This document shows positions 28,315 to 38,465 of a DNA stretch of 51,778 nucleotides, one piece after another. Within the stretch, counting starts at the first letter, position 1. Every line of letters begins with the position of its first letter. Origin of the DNA: Pseudomonadota bacterium (GTDB lineage: Bacteria > Pseudomonadota > Alphaproteobacteria > Caulobacterales > Caulobacteraceae); contig JAFEDM010000515.1 of NCBI GenBank assembly GCA_018241625.1, forward strand, positions 1-51,778, in the 5' to 3' direction. A program made the translations under genes and the position numbers. The notes under the pieces are model-generated. The model saw nothing but the letters and a program-made list of their open reading frames with translations, was not told where the DNA came from and did not search any database.

Positions 28315-28410
28315 CCGCGCCCGCCGCCGTTTCGACCGCAACCACAGGGAATCATTCGCCGAACGCGCTATTTGGGGTGGCGTGTTGATCGCCCGGGAAA
28401 ATGTCGATAG

Positions 28411-28424
28411 TCCACAGAGTGGGA
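28411..28424. promoter_or_regulatory. Putative IclR autoregulatory operator
   Basis: AG-TCCACAGAGTGGGA-CT near-palindrome about 50 bp upstream of iclR; weaker copy at 28431. Confidence 0.62.
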
Positions 28425-28474
28425 CTCGCCCTTACGTCACGTAACCGTCGAGGCCCATGTCTCAAGGTAGGACC

Positions 28475-29365
28475 ATGGCGACCAAAGCAGCACCGGCCAA
28501 GCGTGGCGCCGCCAAATCCTTCGAAGCCCCCAAGGCGCAGGCGACAGCTCGTCCGGAAGGTAACTCTCCGTCCGGCACCCGAACCTTGACTCGTGGCCTC
28601 GACGTGATCGACGTCGTCGCCAAGGGCGATACCGCCCTGCAGGATCTCGCCACCGCGCTCGGCCTTCCGCGCAGCACCGCGCACCGTCTGGCGGCGGCGC
28701 TGGTTGAGCGGCGCTACCTGAAATTCATCCGCGGCGTCGGCTACTCCCTGGGCCCGCGCCTGCTGGAGCTCGGCTATGTGGCGGGCCAGCAGACCAGCCT
28801 GCAGCGGGTCGCCCGCGAATATCTCGAAGCGCTCGCGGACGCGACGGGCGACACTGTCCATCTCGGCGTCCGGGAGGGGTCTCGCGCCCTCTATCTCGAC
28901 AAGATTCCGGGACGGCGGCGGGTCGAGATCATCTCCCGCATTGGCGAGCTGCAGCCCTTGCGCTCCACCGGTATCGGCAAGGCGCTGATTCTCGACGCCA
29001 GCGAGTCCCAACTGCGGGAATATTATCAGTTCGAAACGAGCCAGGGCAGCAGCTACAACGTCCGCATATCCACCTGGCTCGAGCGCATGCGCAACTATGC
29101 CAGGAACGGCTACGCCTTCGATCTCGAGGAAAACGAAGATCAGATCCGGTGCGTCGCGGCCCCGATCCGCGATGTCACGGGCCGGATCGTCGCCGCCATC
29201 AGCCTCTCCAGCGCGGCGCAATATATGAGCGACACGCGGATGAACGGATTGGTTCCCGACGTCCAGGAAACCGCGAACGATATCAGCTCCGCCCTCGGAT
29301 ATGCCGGGCAGCAGCCGGAGCCGCCGCAGCGCAAGCCGGGCGGCGTCAAGAAGCCTCGCCGCTAG
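28475..29365 (+). CDS. IclR family transcriptional regulator
   Basis: TLTRGLDVI, LGLPRSTAHRL HTH, YSLGPRL, STGIGKA, GYAFDLEEN and CVAAPI. Confidence 0.95.
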   Translation: MATKAAPAKRGAAKSFEAPKAQATARPEGNSPSGTRTLTRGLDVIDVVAKGDTALQDLATALGLPRSTAHRLAAALVERRYLKFIRGVGYSLGPRLLELGYVAGQQTSLQRVAREYLEALADATGDTVHLGVREGSRALYLDKIPGRRRVEIISRIGELQPLRSTGIGKALILDASESQLREYYQFETSQGSSYNVRISTWLERMRNYARNGYAFDLEENEDQIRCVAAPIRDVTGRIVAAISLSSAAQYMSDTRMNGLVPDVQETANDISSALGYAGQQPEPPQRKPGGVKKPRR

Positions 29366-29461
29366 TCCCGACCTCTCCACCAATTGCTTTGATTGGCGCA
29401 GCGGCGCGGCCGTGACTGCGCGCGCGTTGACACCCAGCCTGGCCTTGGCGCCAACATCGCC

Positions 29462-29516
29462 TTGACAGGTTAGGAAACGTTTCCACAAATGCGGAACAGA
29501 TTTCCACGATTTGGGA
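29462..29516 (+). promoter_or_regulatory. Promoter with overlapping LacI and putative IclR operators for the dipeptidase-dipeptidase-tricorn operon
   Basis: TTGACA at 29462-29467; AGGAAACGTTTCCA at 29472-29485; TCCACAAATGCGGA at 29482 and TCCACGATTTGGGA at 29503. Confidence 0.8.
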
Positions 29517-29530
29517 AACGGGGGTGATCG

Positions 29531-30718
29531 ATGGGTGATTTCCGCAGGACTGTCGGCGGCATGGCGGCGGCCGCCACCCTCGTCGCGGCCCTTTCGGCGG
29601 CCGCGTTGCCCGCGCGCGCGGATGACGCGCCCAAGCCCCCGAACCCCGATTCCGTGAACCGCGTGCTGCCGCACGCGCCCTATCCGGTGAGCGCACGTGC
29701 CCGGGCGCTCCACGCCACCATTCCCGTGGCCGATCTCCACGCCGACCCATTGCTTTGGAACCGCGACCTGCTGAAGCGCAACGACATCGGCCACATCGAC
29801 ATTCCGCGCCTGCGCGAAGGTGGCTTTGCGCTGCAGGACTTCTCGGTGGTGTCGAAGTCGCCGCGGAGCGCCAACTACGTCAAGACCGACGCCAACGACG
29901 GCGACGTCATGGCCGACCGCGCCCGCGCCGAACACTGGCCGCGCAAGACCTGGAACAGCGTCCTGCAGCGGGCCCTCTATGGCGCCGACAAACTCAAGGG
30001 CATCGAGAAGCGCTCCCACGGCCAACTGCGGATCGTGCGGACCAAGGGCGACCTTCGCCGCGCCCTGCATGACCATGTCATCGCCGGCGTCCTGCTATCG
30101 GAGGGCGCCCACCCGCTGGAGGGGAAACTCTCGAACATCAAGGTGATGTACGACGGCGGCTTCCGCGTCCTCGGCCTGCAGCACTTCTTCGACAACGAGC
30201 TGGGGGGCTCGCTGCACGGGGAGTCCCACGGCGGGCTGACGCCGTTCGGCAAGGCGGTCATTCCGCAGGCCGAGAAGCAAGGGCTGATCATCGACGTCGC
30301 GCATTCCTCGGAAGCGGTCGTGTTCGACACCCTGGCGATCGCGAAGCGGCCGATCATCGTCTCGCACACCGGCATCAAGGGGTACTGCAACACGCCCCGC
30401 AACGTCTCCGACGCGGCGCTCAAGGCTGTCGCCGACCATGGCGGCCTGATCGGCGTCGGCTACTGGGACGCGGCCGTCTGCGAACCGACGATGAAGAACG
30501 TCACCGAGGCGATCGTCTACGCCGTCAAGCTGCTAGGCCCGGAACATGTGGCCCTCGGGTCCGACTTCGACGGCGGGGTCCCAATGCCATTCGACGCCTC
30601 GGAAATGGCGGGCCTCACCAGCTCGCTGCTCGACGCCGGCCTGGATGAGAAGACGGTCAAGATGGTGATGGGTGAGAACGCCATCCGGTTCTTCTCGACC
30701 TATCTGCCCGCCAAATAG
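29531..30718 (+). CDS. Exported membrane dipeptidase (peptidase M19) paralog 1
   Basis: Signal peptide; DLHAD, GHIDIPRL, SEGAH, DVAH, SHTG, RNVSD and GSDFDG. Confidence 0.92.
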   Translation: MGDFRRTVGGMAAAATLVAALSAAALPARADDAPKPPNPDSVNRVLPHAPYPVSARARALHATIPVADLHADPLLWNRDLLKRNDIGHIDIPRLREGGFALQDFSVVSKSPRSANYVKTDANDGDVMADRARAEHWPRKTWNSVLQRALYGADKLKGIEKRSHGQLRIVRTKGDLRRALHDHVIAGVLLSEGAHPLEGKLSNIKVMYDGGFRVLGLQHFFDNELGGSLHGESHGGLTPFGKAVIPQAEKQGLIIDVAHSSEAVVFDTLAIAKRPIIVSHTGIKGYCNTPRNVSDAALKAVADHGGLIGVGYWDAAVCEPTMKNVTEAIVYAVKLLGPEHVALGSDFDGGVPMPFDASEMAGLTSSLLDAGLDEKTVKMVMGENAIRFFSTYLPAK

Positions 30719-30762
30719 GCGACCGCCATCCACTCACCATTCCGAAACTTGAGGGGACGTCG

Positions 30763-31950
30763 ATGATGCATTTGCCTGGGGCCGCTAGGGTCGGCGCGAT
30801 GAGCCTGCTGATCGCCGCCGCGCTCGCAGCCTCTTCGTCGCCGGCAGCAGCCCAGGCCCCCCAGGTTCAGGCTCCGACGGCCGACGGCAACGCGGTGATC
30901 CCGCACGCCCCCTATCCGGTGAGCGCGCGCGCCAAGGCCCTGCACGCGACGATCCCGGTCGCCGACCTGCACGCCGACGCGCTGCTCTCGAACCGAGATC
31001 TTCTGCAACGCGGCACGCATGGGCACGTGGACATTCCGCGTCTGCAGGAAGGCGGCTTCGCCCTGCAGGGCTTCTCGGTCGTCACGAAGTCACCGCGCGG
31101 CACCAATTACGTCCAGACCTCCGCCGATGCGCCCGACGACATGACCGACCGCATCAAGCGCGACGGTTGGCCGCCGCGCACCTGGAACAGCATCCTGCAG
31201 CGCGCGCTCTACCTGGCCGACAGGCTGAAGGACCTGGAAAAACGCTCCCACGGCGCCGTGCGCGTCGTGCGCAGCAAGGCGGATCTGCGCAAAGCCCGCC
31301 AGGACCGCGCCATCGCCGGCATCCTGTTGTCGGAAGGGGCGCACCCGCTCGAGGGGAAGCTGGAAAACATCCAGGTGATGTACGATGCGGGCTTCCGCAT
31401 TCTCGGCCTCACCCATTTCTTCGACAATGAGGTGGGCGGTTCGCTGCACGGCGTATCCCAGAGCGGCCTGACGCCCTTCGGCCGGCAGGTCATTCCCCAG
31501 GCTGAGGCGAAGGGCATCATCATCGACGTCGCCCACGCCTCGGAAGCCACCGTGCGCGACACCCTGGCGATCGCCAAACGGCCGGTCATCCTCTCCCACA
31601 CCGGGGTGAAGGGTTACTGCGACACGCCGCGCAACATCTCCGACGCCACCATGAAGGCCATCGCCGATCACGGCGGCCTGGTGGGCATCGGCTACTGGGA
31701 CGCGGCGGTCTGCAAACCGACGATGAAGAACGTCACCGAGGCGATCGTCTATGCCGTGAAGCTTCTCGGGCCGGAGCACGTCGCCCTCGGATCGGACTTC
31801 GACGGGGGCACTGTGACCCCCTTCGACGCCTCCGAAATGCCCGCCTTGACCAGCGCGCTTCTGGACGCCGGCCTCGACGAGAAGACCGTCCGCCTGGTCA
31901 TGGGCGAGAACGCCATCCGCTTCTTCTCGACCTACTTACCCGACCGCTAA
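30763..31950 (+). CDS. Exported membrane dipeptidase (peptidase M19) paralog 2
   Basis: Same M19 motifs; tandem duplicate of the upstream gene. Confidence 0.92.
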   Translation: MMHLPGAARVGAMSLLIAAALAASSSPAAAQAPQVQAPTADGNAVIPHAPYPVSARAKALHATIPVADLHADALLSNRDLLQRGTHGHVDIPRLQEGGFALQGFSVVTKSPRGTNYVQTSADAPDDMTDRIKRDGWPPRTWNSILQRALYLADRLKDLEKRSHGAVRVVRSKADLRKARQDRAIAGILLSEGAHPLEGKLENIQVMYDAGFRILGLTHFFDNEVGGSLHGVSQSGLTPFGRQVIPQAEAKGIIIDVAHASEATVRDTLAIAKRPVILSHTGVKGYCDTPRNISDATMKAIADHGGLVGIGYWDAAVCKPTMKNVTEAIVYAVKLLGPEHVALGSDFDGGTVTPFDASEMPALTSALLDAGLDEKTVRLVMGENAIRFFSTYLPDR

Positions 31951-31962
31951 GCTGACGACGAC

Positions 31963-34900
31963 ATGGGAGCTGTAAAGCACGTGAAGGGACCAGTCTTCGC
32001 CGCCGCCGTCCTGGCGGCGGCCGTTTCCACGTCGGCGCACGCGCAGTCACAGACCCTGCTGCTGCGGGACCCGGCGATCTCGGCGTCGCACATCGCCTTC
32101 ATCTACGCGGGGGACCTATGGGTCGCCGACCGCAACGGCGCCAATCCGCGCCAGCTCACCGCCGATGGCGGGGACGAGACCCACCCGGTGTTCTCGCCCG
32201 ACGGCTCGATGATCGCCTTCTCGGCGAACCACAACGAGAACAAGGACGTCTACGTCATGCCGGTGAGCGGCGGCCAGCCGAAGCGGCTGACCTGGCACCC
32301 GGGCGACGACAATGTGCTCGACTGGTCGCCCGACGGATCGGCGGTCTATTTCGCCTCGGCGCGCGAGTTCAATCGTGGGCGGTCTGCCCAGCTCTACCGC
32401 GTCGCGGTCAAGGGGGGTCCGGCCGAGAAGCAAATGGAGACGCGGGTCTACCGCGGGCGCTTCGACGCCAGCGGGCGCCGCTTCGCCTATGATCAGATCT
32501 CCCCAGCGTACGACGGCCTCTACGGCGGCTGGTTCGGCTGGCGCAGCTATCGCGGCGGGCGCACGCCATCGATCTCGATCATGGACATGAAGGCCAAGAC
32601 GACGAGCAAGATCCCGGGCGACGGGGTCAACGACCTAGATCCCATGTGGGTCGGCGACCAGGTCTACTTCCTGTCCGATCGCGACAAGGGGACCCTCAAC
32701 CTCTTCCACTTCGATCCGGCGTCCAAGGCGGTCACCGAGGTCAGCCACGAGGCGGTCTGGGATATCCGCGCCGCCTCTGCCTACAAGAGCATGATCATCT
32801 TCGAGGTGGGCGGCCGGCTGAAGACACTGGACACGGCCAGCGGGGCGATCGCCGACCTGCCGATCTCCATCCGCCCCGACCTGCCGCAGACGCGTCCGCA
32901 GTTGAAGGACGCTGGGACGATGATCCAGAGCTACGACCTGTCGCCCACCGGCAAGCGCGTGGCGGTGACGGCGCGCGGCGAGGTGTTCACTGTCCCGGTC
33001 GAGGATGGCTCGACCCGTAACCTCACCAATACCGACGGTGCGCGGGAATACACCGCGCTCTGGTCGCCGGACGGCGGTCGCGTCGCCTACATCGACGCCG
33101 CCAAGGCCGCGCAGGAGCTGGTGATCAAGGACCAGACCGGGCTCGGCCAGACCATCCGGTTCCCGCTCGGCGAAGCCTTCAATTCCCTGCTCGACTGGGG
33201 CGGCGACGGGTCGCGGATCATCTACGCCAACCAGCGCCTTGAGCTCTGGGCGATCAGCCCCGCCACGGGCGAACGCACCTTGATCGCCCGCAGCGCGCGC
33301 CGCCACGCGCAGCAGGTCGACACCTCGCCCGACGGGCGCTGGCTCGTCTACACGGACATCAATCCGAACTCCTATCGCGGGCTGCGGCTCTACGACTTCA
33401 CCACCAAGAAGACCTATCCGGTGCTGGACGCCCTGGCGGATGTCTCCTCGCCGGTGTTCAGCAAGGACGGCAAGTATCTGTACTTCGCCGCCTCGACCAA
33501 CGCCGCCCCCGCGCAGGCCGGCCTCGACATGTCGTCGATGGAGAAGCCCTATCGCGCGGGCCTCTATGTGGCGGTGCTGTCGGCGGACGGTGAATCGCCT
33601 CTGAAGCCGAAATCGGGCGACGAACCGAGCCCCGCCGATCCTGCGGCCAAGCCGGCGCCCACCCGGATCGATATCGAGGGCCTGGACCGCCGCGTCGAAG
33701 CCCTGCCCGTCGGCGAGCGCAACTACGGCGGTCTCGCCACGGCGCGCAGCGGCGACCTCTTCTTCCTGCGCCGGCCCCAGTCGGGAGCTTCGAGCGGACC
33801 GCACGGCTTCGAGCCCGCCGACAACGCGCTCATGCGCTTCAACTTCTCGACCCAGAAGGAAGAGCAGGTCGCGCCCGGCGTCACCGGCATGAAGATGAGC
33901 GCCGACGGCTGGCACATGATCACCCAGACGCTGGTGGGCCTGACCGTCGCCGACATCCGCAATCCCGCGTCCGCGAAGCCGCTAAACGTCTCCACCCTCA
34001 AGGTGCTCGTCGATCCGCGCCATGAATGGCGCCAGATGTTCGACGAAGCCTGGCTGATGGAGAAGGAGTGGTTCTACGACCCGCACCTGCACGGCCTCGA
34101 TTGGCAGGCGGTCTATGACCGCTATAGCCCGCTGGTCGCCTATCTCGGCCGCCGCGAGGACCTCAACACCCTGCTGCGCGAGATGCTGGGCGAGGCCCAG
34201 GTGGGCCACCAATTCGTCTACGGCGGCGACACACCCAAGGAAGCCGGCGCCAACGTTGGCCTGTTGGGCGCCGACCTGGCCGTCGACAACGGCCGGGTGC
34301 GGATCAAGCGCATCTACACCGGCGAAAGCTGGAATCCCTTCCGTGGCCCGCTGGCCGCCATCGGCCTGAACGTCCGGGAAGGCGACTACATCCTGGCCGT
34401 CAACGGCCGCGAGCTGGGCCCCAACGACGACATCTGGGCGCTCATGCAGAACACGGCGGGCAAGCAGACGGCGTTGCGGATCGCCGCCAGCGCCGACGGC
34501 CATGACGGGCGCACGGTCACCGTGACGCCGGTCGCGAGCGAGGGCGAACTGCGGCTCGCCGCCTGGGTCGAGGGCAACCGACAGGCGGTCGCGAAAGCCA
34601 CCGGCGGCCGCGTGGGCTACGTCTATGTGCCAAGCACCCAGCCGGCCGGCTTCGCGCTCTTCAACCGCATGTACTTCTCGCAGCTCGACAAGGACGCGAT
34701 GATCATCGACGACCGGTCGAACGACGGCGGCAGCGCGGCCAACTACATCGTCGATGTCCTGAGCCAGGTCCCGCTCTCGGGCTGGCGCGGATCCGCCGGC
34801 GACACCTTCAACACACCGGCCGCAGCCATGTTCGGCCCGAAGGTGATGCTGATCGATCAGGACGCCCAGTCGGGCGGCGACTTCCTGGCCTACGCCTTCA

Positions 34901-35232
34901 AACAGCGGAAGATCGGGCCGGAGATCGGCACGCGGACCTGGGGTGGCCTGATCGGCGTTTCGGGAAACCCGACGCTGATCGATGGCGGCCTGGCCCTGGT
35001 GCCCTGGTACCGGTTCTTCGACATGGACGGGAACTGGACCGTCGAGGGCAAGGGTGTCTCGCCGGACATCCGCGTGGAGCTCGATCCCCTGGCGACCAAC
35101 GCCGGCCGCGACACCCAGCTGGAGGCGGCGATCGCCGAGGCGACGCGGATGCTGGCGGCCAACCCGCAAGCGCGCAAGCTGCGACCCGCCTCGCCGCCCT
35201 ATCCGACCAAGGTCGGCGAAATCGTCCGGTAG
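31963..35232 (+). CDS. Tricorn protease homolog (peptidase S41)
   Basis: Signal peptide, PD40/beta-propeller repeats (FSPDG, WSPDG), VGH, PDZ (GDYILAVNG), catalytic SGGD, GTRTWGG and GVSPDI. Confidence 0.93.
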   Translation: MGAVKHVKGPVFAAAVLAAAVSTSAHAQSQTLLLRDPAISASHIAFIYAGDLWVADRNGANPRQLTADGGDETHPVFSPDGSMIAFSANHNENKDVYVMPVSGGQPKRLTWHPGDDNVLDWSPDGSAVYFASAREFNRGRSAQLYRVAVKGGPAEKQMETRVYRGRFDASGRRFAYDQISPAYDGLYGGWFGWRSYRGGRTPSISIMDMKAKTTSKIPGDGVNDLDPMWVGDQVYFLSDRDKGTLNLFHFDPASKAVTEVSHEAVWDIRAASAYKSMIIFEVGGRLKTLDTASGAIADLPISIRPDLPQTRPQLKDAGTMIQSYDLSPTGKRVAVTARGEVFTVPVEDGSTRNLTNTDGAREYTALWSPDGGRVAYIDAAKAAQELVIKDQTGLGQTIRFPLGEAFNSLLDWGGDGSRIIYANQRLELWAISPATGERTLIARSARRHAQQVDTSPDGRWLVYTDINPNSYRGLRLYDFTTKKTYPVLDALADVSSPVFSKDGKYLYFAASTNAAPAQAGLDMSSMEKPYRAGLYVAVLSADGESPLKPKSGDEPSPADPAAKPAPTRIDIEGLDRRVEALPVGERNYGGLATARSGDLFFLRRPQSGASSGPHGFEPADNALMRFNFSTQKEEQVAPGVTGMKMSADGWHMITQTLVGLTVADIRNPASAKPLNVSTLKVLVDPRHEWRQMFDEAWLMEKEWFYDPHLHGLDWQAVYDRYSPLVAYLGRREDLNTLLREMLGEAQVGHQFVYGGDTPKEAGANVGLLGADLAVDNGRVRIKRIYTGESWNPFRGPLAAIGLNVREGDYILAVNGRELGPNDDIWALMQNTAGKQTALRIAASADGHDGRTVTVTPVASEGELRLAAWVEGNRQAVAKATGGRVGYVYVPSTQPAGFALFNRMYFSQLDKDAMIIDDRSNDGGSAANYIVDVLSQVPLSGWRGSAGDTFNTPAAAMFGPKVMLIDQDAQSGGDFLAYAFKQRKIGPEIGTRTWGGLIGVSGNPTLIDGGLALVPWYRFFDMDGNWTVEGKGVSPDIRVELDPLATNAGRDTQLEAAIAEATRMLAANPQARKLRPASPPYPTKVGEIVR

Positions 35233-35259
35233 GCCGTGGTCCCGCGCCGGACGCGCCGC

Positions 35260-35997
35260 CTACATCGTCCAGCCGCCGTCGATGACGTGGATGGCGCCGG
35301 TGGTGAAGGCGGCCTCGTCGCTGGCCAGATAGACCGCGAGCGCCGCGATCTCGTCCGGCGTCCCGATCCGCCCCATGGGCTGGCGCGCGACGAAGGCCGC
35401 GCGCGCCGCCGCCTCGTCGCCGGTGTCGCGCAGCCGCTGGGCGAGCGACGGGGAGTCGACCGTGCCGGGGCAGATGGCGTTGCAGCGCACGCCCTGGGCG
35501 ACGAAGTCGGCGGCCACGGCCTTGGTGAGCCCGATCACCCCGGCTTTCGTCGCGCCATAGACGAACCGGTTTGGCACGCCGCGGATGCTCGACGCCACCG
35601 AGGCGATGTTGACGATGGCGCCGCCGCCGCCGGCGACCATGTCCGGCAGCCAGGCGCGGATCACCCGATACATGGAGGTCATGTTGAGCTCGAGCGACCG
35701 GGTCCAGCTGAGTTCGTCGCAGTCGAGGATCGTGCCGGCGTGCACATAGCCGACCGCATTGACCAGGATGTCGAACCGCGGCTCGCGCGCCTGCATCGCC
35801 GCGATGGCGGCCCGATCGGTGACGTCCAGGGTCTCGACCTTGACCAAGGGCTCCGCCCCTCGAAGGGTCGCCAACGCGCCCGCGTCAATGTCGACCGCGG
35901 TGACGCGGGCGCCTTCTCGGGCAAAAGCGAAGGCGATCGCCCGTCCGATCCCGGCGCCTGCGGCCGTCACCAGCGCAGTTTTATCCTGAAGCCGCAT
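35260..35997 (-). CDS. SDR, 2-keto-3-deoxy-L-fuconate dehydrogenase-like
   Basis: [35 protein letters not shown] and ARQPMGR; divergent from the fuconate dehydratase. Confidence 0.88.
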   Translation of the reverse strand: MRLQDKTALVTAAGAGIGRAIAFAFAREGARVTAVDIDAGALATLRGAEPLVKVETLDVTDRAAIAAMQAREPRFDILVNAVGYVHAGTILDCDELSWTRSLELNMTSMYRVIRAWLPDMVAGGGGAIVNIASVASSIRGVPNRFVYGATKAGVIGLTKAVAADFVAQGVRCNAICPGTVDSPSLAQRLRDTGDEAAARAAFVARQPMGRIGTPDEIAALAVYLASDEAAFTTGAIHVIDGGWTM

Positions 35998-36036
35998 CGG
36001 CCCTCCCGCTCTGCGTCATGCCCAGCCACGGAAATA

Positions 36037-36067
36037 TCCCTGGGCATAACAATTCCCACATGGTGAA
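36037..36067. promoter_or_regulatory. Putative IclR operator pair in a divergent promoter
   Basis: TCCCTGGGCATAAC (36037) and TCCCACATGGTGAA (36054; reverse complement TTCAC-CATG-TGGGA). Confidence 0.55.
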
Positions 36068-36094
36068 CTGGACGCTCACAAAATGGGTTTTCAT

Positions 36095-37399
36095 ATGCCT
36101 CCGTCCCCGACGATTGTCGATCTCCGCGTCTCCGATGTCCGCTTCCCGACGTCCGAGTTCCTGGACGGCTCGGACGCGATGAATCCCGATCCCGATTATT
36201 CGGCGGCATATGTGATCCTGGAAACCCAGGACGGCGCGACCGGTCATGGCCTGACCTTCACGATCGGGCGCGGCAACGAGCTCTGCTGTGCGGCCGTCGA
36301 GTCGCTTCGGCCCTTCGTCGTCGGCCGGCGGCTCGACAACATCGTCGCCGACATGGGCGGGTTCTGGCGCGAGCTCGCCGGCGACAGCCAGTTGCGCTGG
36401 GTGGGCCCGGAAAAGGGCGTGATCCACCTGGCCCTGGCGGCGGTGATCAATGCGGTCTGGGATCTGTGGGCCAAGGCCGTGGGCAAGCCCGTCTGGAAGC
36501 TGGTGAGCGACCTGACCCCAGAAGCCTTCGTCGAGGTGATCGACTTCCGTCATATCCGCGACGCCCTGACGCCCGCCGAGGCGGTCGAGATCCTGAAGCG
36601 GCAGGAGGCCGGCAAGCCGGCCCGGGAGGCGCGCCTGCGGGCCGAGGGCTATCCGGCCTACACCACCTCGGTCGGCTGGCTCGGCTACGACGACGACAAG
36701 CTGCGGCGGCTCTGCCGGGAATATCTCGCGGCGGGCTGGGAGAGCTTCAAGATCAAGGTCGGCCGCGACCTGGACGAGGACATCCGCCGCTGCGCCATCC
36801 TCCGCGAGGAGATCGGGCCAGAGCGCCGCTTCATGATCGACGCCAATCAGATCTGGGAGGTCGACGAGGCGATCGAATGGACGAACGCGCTCTCGCAGTT
36901 CGAACCCTGGTGGATCGAGGAGCCGGTCAGTCCCGACGACATCCTGGGCCACGCCCGGATCGCAAGGGGCGTCCATCCGATCCGCGTGGCCACCGGCGAG
37001 CACGCCCACAACCGGGTGATGTTCAAGCAGTTCCTGCAGGCCGGCGGGATGGATATCGTCCAGGTCGACGTCTGCCGCCTGGGCGGACTCAGCGAGGCGC
37101 TTGCCGTCCTGTTGCTCGCCGCCAAGTTCGGAAAGCCGGTTTGCCCGCACGCCGGCGGCGTGGGGCTCTGCGAGCTGGTGCAGCACGTCTCGATGATCGA
37201 CTTCGTCGCCGTCAGCGGCAGCTGGGACGAAGCCATGACCGAACACGCCGGCCATCTGCACGAGCACTTCGTCCATCCGATCATCATGGACAAGGGACGC
37301 TACCGCGCCCCGACCGCGCCGGGGTTCAGTTCAGAGATGAAGGCGGCGTCCGTCGCGCACTACACCTTCCGCCCCGACAAGACCGGCCAACGCGCGTGA
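36095..37399 (+). CDS. fucD: L-fuconate dehydratase (enolase superfamily)
   Basis: DVRFPTS..LDGSDAMNPDPDYSAAY, FTIGRGNE, WVGPEKGVIH, KIKVG, DANQ, IEEP, TGEH and CPHAGGVGLCE; alternative start at 36083. Confidence 0.92.
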   Translation: MPPSPTIVDLRVSDVRFPTSEFLDGSDAMNPDPDYSAAYVILETQDGATGHGLTFTIGRGNELCCAAVESLRPFVVGRRLDNIVADMGGFWRELAGDSQLRWVGPEKGVIHLALAAVINAVWDLWAKAVGKPVWKLVSDLTPEAFVEVIDFRHIRDALTPAEAVEILKRQEAGKPAREARLRAEGYPAYTTSVGWLGYDDDKLRRLCREYLAAGWESFKIKVGRDLDEDIRRCAILREEIGPERRFMIDANQIWEVDEAIEWTNALSQFEPWWIEEPVSPDDILGHARIARGVHPIRVATGEHAHNRVMFKQFLQAGGMDIVQVDVCRLGGLSEALAVLLLAAKFGKPVCPHAGGVGLCELVQHVSMIDFVAVSGSWDEAMTEHAGHLHEHFVHPIIMDKGRYRAPTAPGFSSEMKAASVAHYTFRPDKTGQRA

Positions 37400-37412
37400 G
37401 GAAACCAACGTC

Positions 37413-38459
37413 ATGACCACCGACATCCCACGCCGCGCCGGCCGAACGGCGGCGCTTGTCCTCGCCCTTCTGATCGGGACCTCGCAGAGCCTGGGGGCCC
37501 ATGCGCAGACCGCCGCGCCGACCGACGCCTTGCAGCATGTCGACCCGCAACTTCGCGCCCTCGCCAACCGACCCACGGTGCTGACCGACGAGATCATCCG
37601 CAAGGCCCACGCGGCGCCACCGCCCCTGCCCGCCCCCAGCCAGGATCCGCCCGTGGTCCAGAAGACGATCAAGGGGCTGGACGGTCAGCCGGATGTCTCG
37701 ATCTATGTGGTGAACGCCAAACCCGGCGCAGCGCGGCCGGGCATCCTCCACACCCATGGCGGCGGCTACGTGCTTGGCTCGGCGAAGCAGTATCTCTGGC
37801 TGATCCAGCCAATCGCGAAGGCGCTCGACGTGACAATCGTCTCCGTCGAATACCGGCTGGCGCCGGAAACCACCTACAAGGGCTCGGTGGCGGACAACTA
37901 TGCCGGCCTGAAGTGGATGTACGACCACGCGTCCGAGCTCGGCGTCGACCGGAAGCGGCTGGCGGTCATGGGCGAAAGCGCCGGCGGCGGCCACGCGGCG
38001 CTGCTGGCCCTGGAGGCTAGGCGGCGCGGCGAGATTCCCCTGGCCTTCGAAGTCCTGCTCTACCCGATGCTCGACGACCGCACCGGCTCCACCCGGCAGC
38101 CTGCGCCCTATGCCGGCCGCTTCGTCTGGACCGCGCCCCAGAACCGCGTCGGCTGGCGCGCCTTCCTCGGCACGGAGCCCGGCACGGACAAGGTCCCGGC
38201 GGAGGCCGTACCCGCCCGCACCAAGACCCTGGCCGGCCTGCCGCCGGCCTACATCGCTGTGGGCGACATCGATCTCTTCGTGGAGGAGGACGTCGCCTAC
38301 GCGCACCGCCTCATCGAGGCCGGCGTTCCGGTGGAACTCCACGTCTTTCGCGGCGGATACCACGGCTTCAACATGCTCGTGCCCGATGCGGCGGTCTCCA
38401 AGCTGTACGAAGCCGACCTTTACGACGCCCTGCGGCGCGCGCTGGATATCCGCAAGTAG
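37413..38459 (+). CDS. Exported HSL-family esterase (alpha/beta hydrolase)
   Basis: Signal peptide; HGGGY, EYRLAPE, GESAGG, YPMLDDR and YHGF. Confidence 0.9.
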   Translation: MTTDIPRRAGRTAALVLALLIGTSQSLGAHAQTAAPTDALQHVDPQLRALANRPTVLTDEIIRKAHAAPPPLPAPSQDPPVVQKTIKGLDGQPDVSIYVVNAKPGAARPGILHTHGGGYVLGSAKQYLWLIQPIAKALDVTIVSVEYRLAPETTYKGSVADNYAGLKWMYDHASELGVDRKRLAVMGESAGGGHAALLALEARRRGEIPLAFEVLLYPMLDDRTGSTRQPAPYAGRFVWTAPQNRVGWRAFLGTEPGTDKVPAEAVPARTKTLAGLPPAYIAVGDIDLFVEEDVAYAHRLIEAGVPVELHVFRGGYHGFNMLVPDAAVSKLYEADLYDALRRALDIRK

Positions 38460-38465
38460 CGGCGC

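Noticed and set aside
28352-30076. Long antisense ORFs (574 aa here; also 15279-16931, 20125-22158, 48579-50306)
   Set aside because: Shadow ORFs expected in high-GC DNA opposite well-supported genes; no recognisable motifs.
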